64,000 nucleotides of DNA from Malacoraja senta (Eukaryota), in assembly GCA_038087875.1 (NCBI GenBank), contig JAXLNO010000446.1, positions 806,001-870,000 on the forward strand, given 5' to 3'. Under the pieces are notes generated by a model. That model searched no databases. It was not told the origin of the DNA and was given only the letters and a program-made list of their open reading frames with translations. A program made the position numbers and the translations under genes. This document shows, piece by piece, positions 61,101 to 64,000 of the stretch. Every line of letters starts with the position of its first letter. The first letter of the stretch is position 1.

Positions 61101-64000
61101 CTATTCCATACCAGGATCTATGTTCCACTATCCACCTTCCACGTTCTACGTTCCATATTCCATTCCGCTCCAAGTTCTACGTTCCATGTTCCATTCCATT
61201 CCACGTTCCACGTTCAATGTTCTCTTCTTTTCCATGTTCCACGTTCTACGTTCCATGTTCCCCGTACTATGTTCCACGTTCTACGTTCCACGTTCTACGT
61301 TCCATGTTCTGTTCCATTACATTCTATGTTCCATGTTCCATGTTCCACATTCTATTCTGTTCCAGGATCCATGTTCCACTTTCCACCTTCCACGTTCTAC
61401 GTTCCATGTTCCATTCCGCTCCAAGTTCTAAGTTCCATGTTCTATTCCCTTCCATGTTCCATGTTCTGATCCGTTCTATTTTCCACATTCTACGTTCTAT
61501 GTTCTATTCCGTTCCATTTTCTACGCTCCATGTTCCATGTTCTAAGCGCCATGTTCCATGTTCTATTCCATTTCAGGATCCATGTTCCATTTTCCACCTT
61601 CCATGTTCTACGTTCCATGTTCCATTCCACTCCAAGTTCTCCATTCCATGTTCCCTTCAATGTTCCACGTTCCACTTTCCATGTTCTGTTCAGTAACATG
61701 TTCCACGTTCTATGCTCCGTTCCACGTTCTACCTTCTATGCTCCATGTTCCATGTCCCACATTCCATGTTGCACATTCTACATTCCATGTTCCATGTTCT
61801 ACATTCCCTGTTCCATGCTCTGTTCAATTCCATGTTCAGATTTTATGCTCCATGTTCCACATTCTACACTCCATGTTCCAGGTTCCATGTTTTGTTCCAT
61901 TCCATGTTCTATTCCATTCCATGTTTCACATTCTTCATTCCATGTTCCACATTCCATATTCCACATTGTACGTTCCATGTTCCACGTTCTACATTCCTTT
62001 CCATTCTATATTCCATGTTCTACATTCCATGTTCCACGTTCTACGTTCCACATTCTACATTCCATGTTCTACGTTCCATGTTCTCTTCCATGTTCCACAT
62101 TCCATGTTCCACGTTCCACGTTCTACATTCCACTTTCCATGTTCTGTTCCATTCCACGTTCCACATTCTATGCTCCATGTTCCATGTTCTATTCCGTTCC
62201 ATGTTCCACATTCTCCATTCCATGTTCCAAGTCTATGTTCCATGTTCTATTCCATTCCATGTTCCACATTCTACGTTCCATGTTCTGTTCCGTTCCATGT
62301 TCCATGTTCTATGCTCCATGTTCCATGTTCTATTCCATTCCATGTTCTACGTTCCATGTTCTACGTTCAATGTTCCACATTCTACGTTCCACATTCTACG
62401 TTCCATGTTCATGTTCCATATTCAATGTTCCACGTCCTATGTTCCATGTCCAACATTCTACGTTCCGTGTTCCACATTCTACACTCCATGTTCCATATTC
62501 TATTCCGTTCCATGTTCCACATTCTATGTTCCATGTTCATGTTCCATATTCCATGCTCCATATTCTATGTTCCATGTTCTACGTTCAATGTTCCATGTTC
62601 CACAGTCTACATTCCATGTTCTGTCCATTCCATGTTCCACGTTCCATGTTCCACATTCTACATTCTATGTTCCATGTTCTGTACAGTAATATGTTCCACG
62701 TTCTACGCTCCATGTTCTACATTCTATGCTCCATGTTCCATGTTCCGTGTCCCACATTCCATGTTGCACGTACTACATGCCATGTTCCATGTGCATGTTC
62801 TACATTCCCTGTTCCATGCTCTGTTCGAATCCATGTTCACGTTCTACGCTCCATATTCCACGTTCTCTGTTCCATGTTCCACATTCTACATTCCTTTCCA
62901 TTCTATATTCCACGTTCTACTTTCCTTGTTCTACGTTACATGTTCCAATCCATGTTCACGTTCTACGCTCCATATTCCACATTCTCTGTTCCATGTTCCA
63001 CATTCTACATTCCGTTCCATTCTATATTCCACGTTCTACTTTCCTTGTTCTACGTTACATGTTCCACATTCTACATTCCATGTTCCATGTTCAGTTCCAT
63101 TCCATGTTCCACGTTCTACGTTCCATGATCCATATTCTGTTCTGTTCCATGTTCCACCTTCTAAGTTCCATGTTCCACGTTCTACGTTCCTTTCCGTTCC
63201 ATGTTCTACGTTCCACGTTCAATGTTCTACTGTCTACGTTCCATGTTCCAAGTTCTATGTTCCATGTTCCATGTTCTGTTCCATTCCATGTTCCATATTC
63301 TATGTTCCATGTTTTACGTTCCATGTTCCGTCCATTCCATGTTCTATGTTCTGTCCATTCCATGTTCCACATTCTATATTCCATGTTCCATGTTCCATGT
63401 TCTATTCCGTTCCATGTTCCACATTCCATGTCCATGTTCCACGTACTATGTTCCACGTTCTACGTTCCACATTCTACGTTCCATGTTCTGTTCTATTACA
63501 TTCTATGTTCCATGTTCCATGTTCCACATTCTATTCTGTTCCAGGATCCATGTTCCACTTTCCACCTTCCACGTTCTACGTTCCATGTTCCATTCCGCTC
63601 CAAGTTCTAAGTTCCATGTTCTATTCCCTTCCATGTTCCATGTTCTGATCCGTTCTATTTTCCACATTCTACATTCTATGTTCTATTCCGTTCCATGTTC
63701 TACGCTCCATGTTCCATGTTCTAAGCGCCATGTTCCATGTTCTATTCCATTTCAGGATCCATGTTCCATTTTCCACCTTCCATGTTCTACGTTCCATGTT
63801 CCATTCCACTCCAAGTTCTCCATTCCATGTTCCCTTCAATGTTCCACGTTCCACTTTCCATGTTCTGTTCAGTAACATGTTCCACGTTCTACGCTCCGTT
63901 CCACATTCTACCTTCTATGCTCCATGTTCCATGTCCCACATTCCATGTTGCACATTCTACATTCCATGTTCCATGTTCTACATTCCCTGTTCCATGCTCT
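58120..64000. repeat. Degenerate heptamer satellite (GTTCCAT)n with higher-order duplication, running off the window
   Basis: TTCCATG/TTCTACG/TTCCACA/TTCCA units throughout; strong strand asymmetry. Confidence 0.95.
60238..61033 (-). mobile_element. Diverged member of the 53-kb CpG-rich element family with Rex/Babar-like 3' end and (AAATC)n tail
   Basis: Shares GAACGGCTG head, T tract, ATGTGGGGGG..GTAAGGGGGAA and CCTCGTGGCCT(A/C)CCAGC; tail AATTTCGTTG...GACAATAAA. Confidence 0.7.

Noticed and set aside
58080..63878. Long MFHVPCST-type ORFs up to 696 aa
   Set aside because: Stop-poor heptamer satellite open in all three + frames

Overview
Eukaryotic, almost entirely repeat-derived DNA. HE1-type V-SINEs and HER1/CR1-type LINEs point to a cartilaginous fish, probably a skate or ray (inference). 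No host protein-coding gene, rRNA, true tRNA or CRISPR array can be supported; every ORF with recognisable homology is retroelement-derived, and the rest are tandem-repeat artefacts or short and unassignable. Content: several CR1 lineages (my labels A-E, separated by sequence and 3' microsatellite tail), including one full-length but disabled copy (8602-12961); a complete Rex1/Babar LINE split by nested insertions (33074-46321); a Penelope-like element plus many Penelope-terminus fragments carrying a minimal hammerhead-ribozyme core and 66-bp tandem arrays; an internally deleted tRNA-Trp-primed Ty3/Gypsy element; a bipartite non-autonomous RTE; a TIR element; SINEs; and micro-, mini- and satellite arrays. 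Best leads: (1) 88-127 nt TSD-flanked insertions starting exactly at a hammerhead core, with related 66-bp arrays; (2) a duplicated, covarying 55-nt pseudoknot in the RTE 5' region; (3) a structured GC-rich non-coding element present three times with three different LINE tails; (4) a CR1 lineage that appears to have captured the ORF1 module of another. Family names come from motif recognition by eye with no database search. Boundaries of old fragments are approximate (about 10-20 nt); quoted TSDs were read directly.
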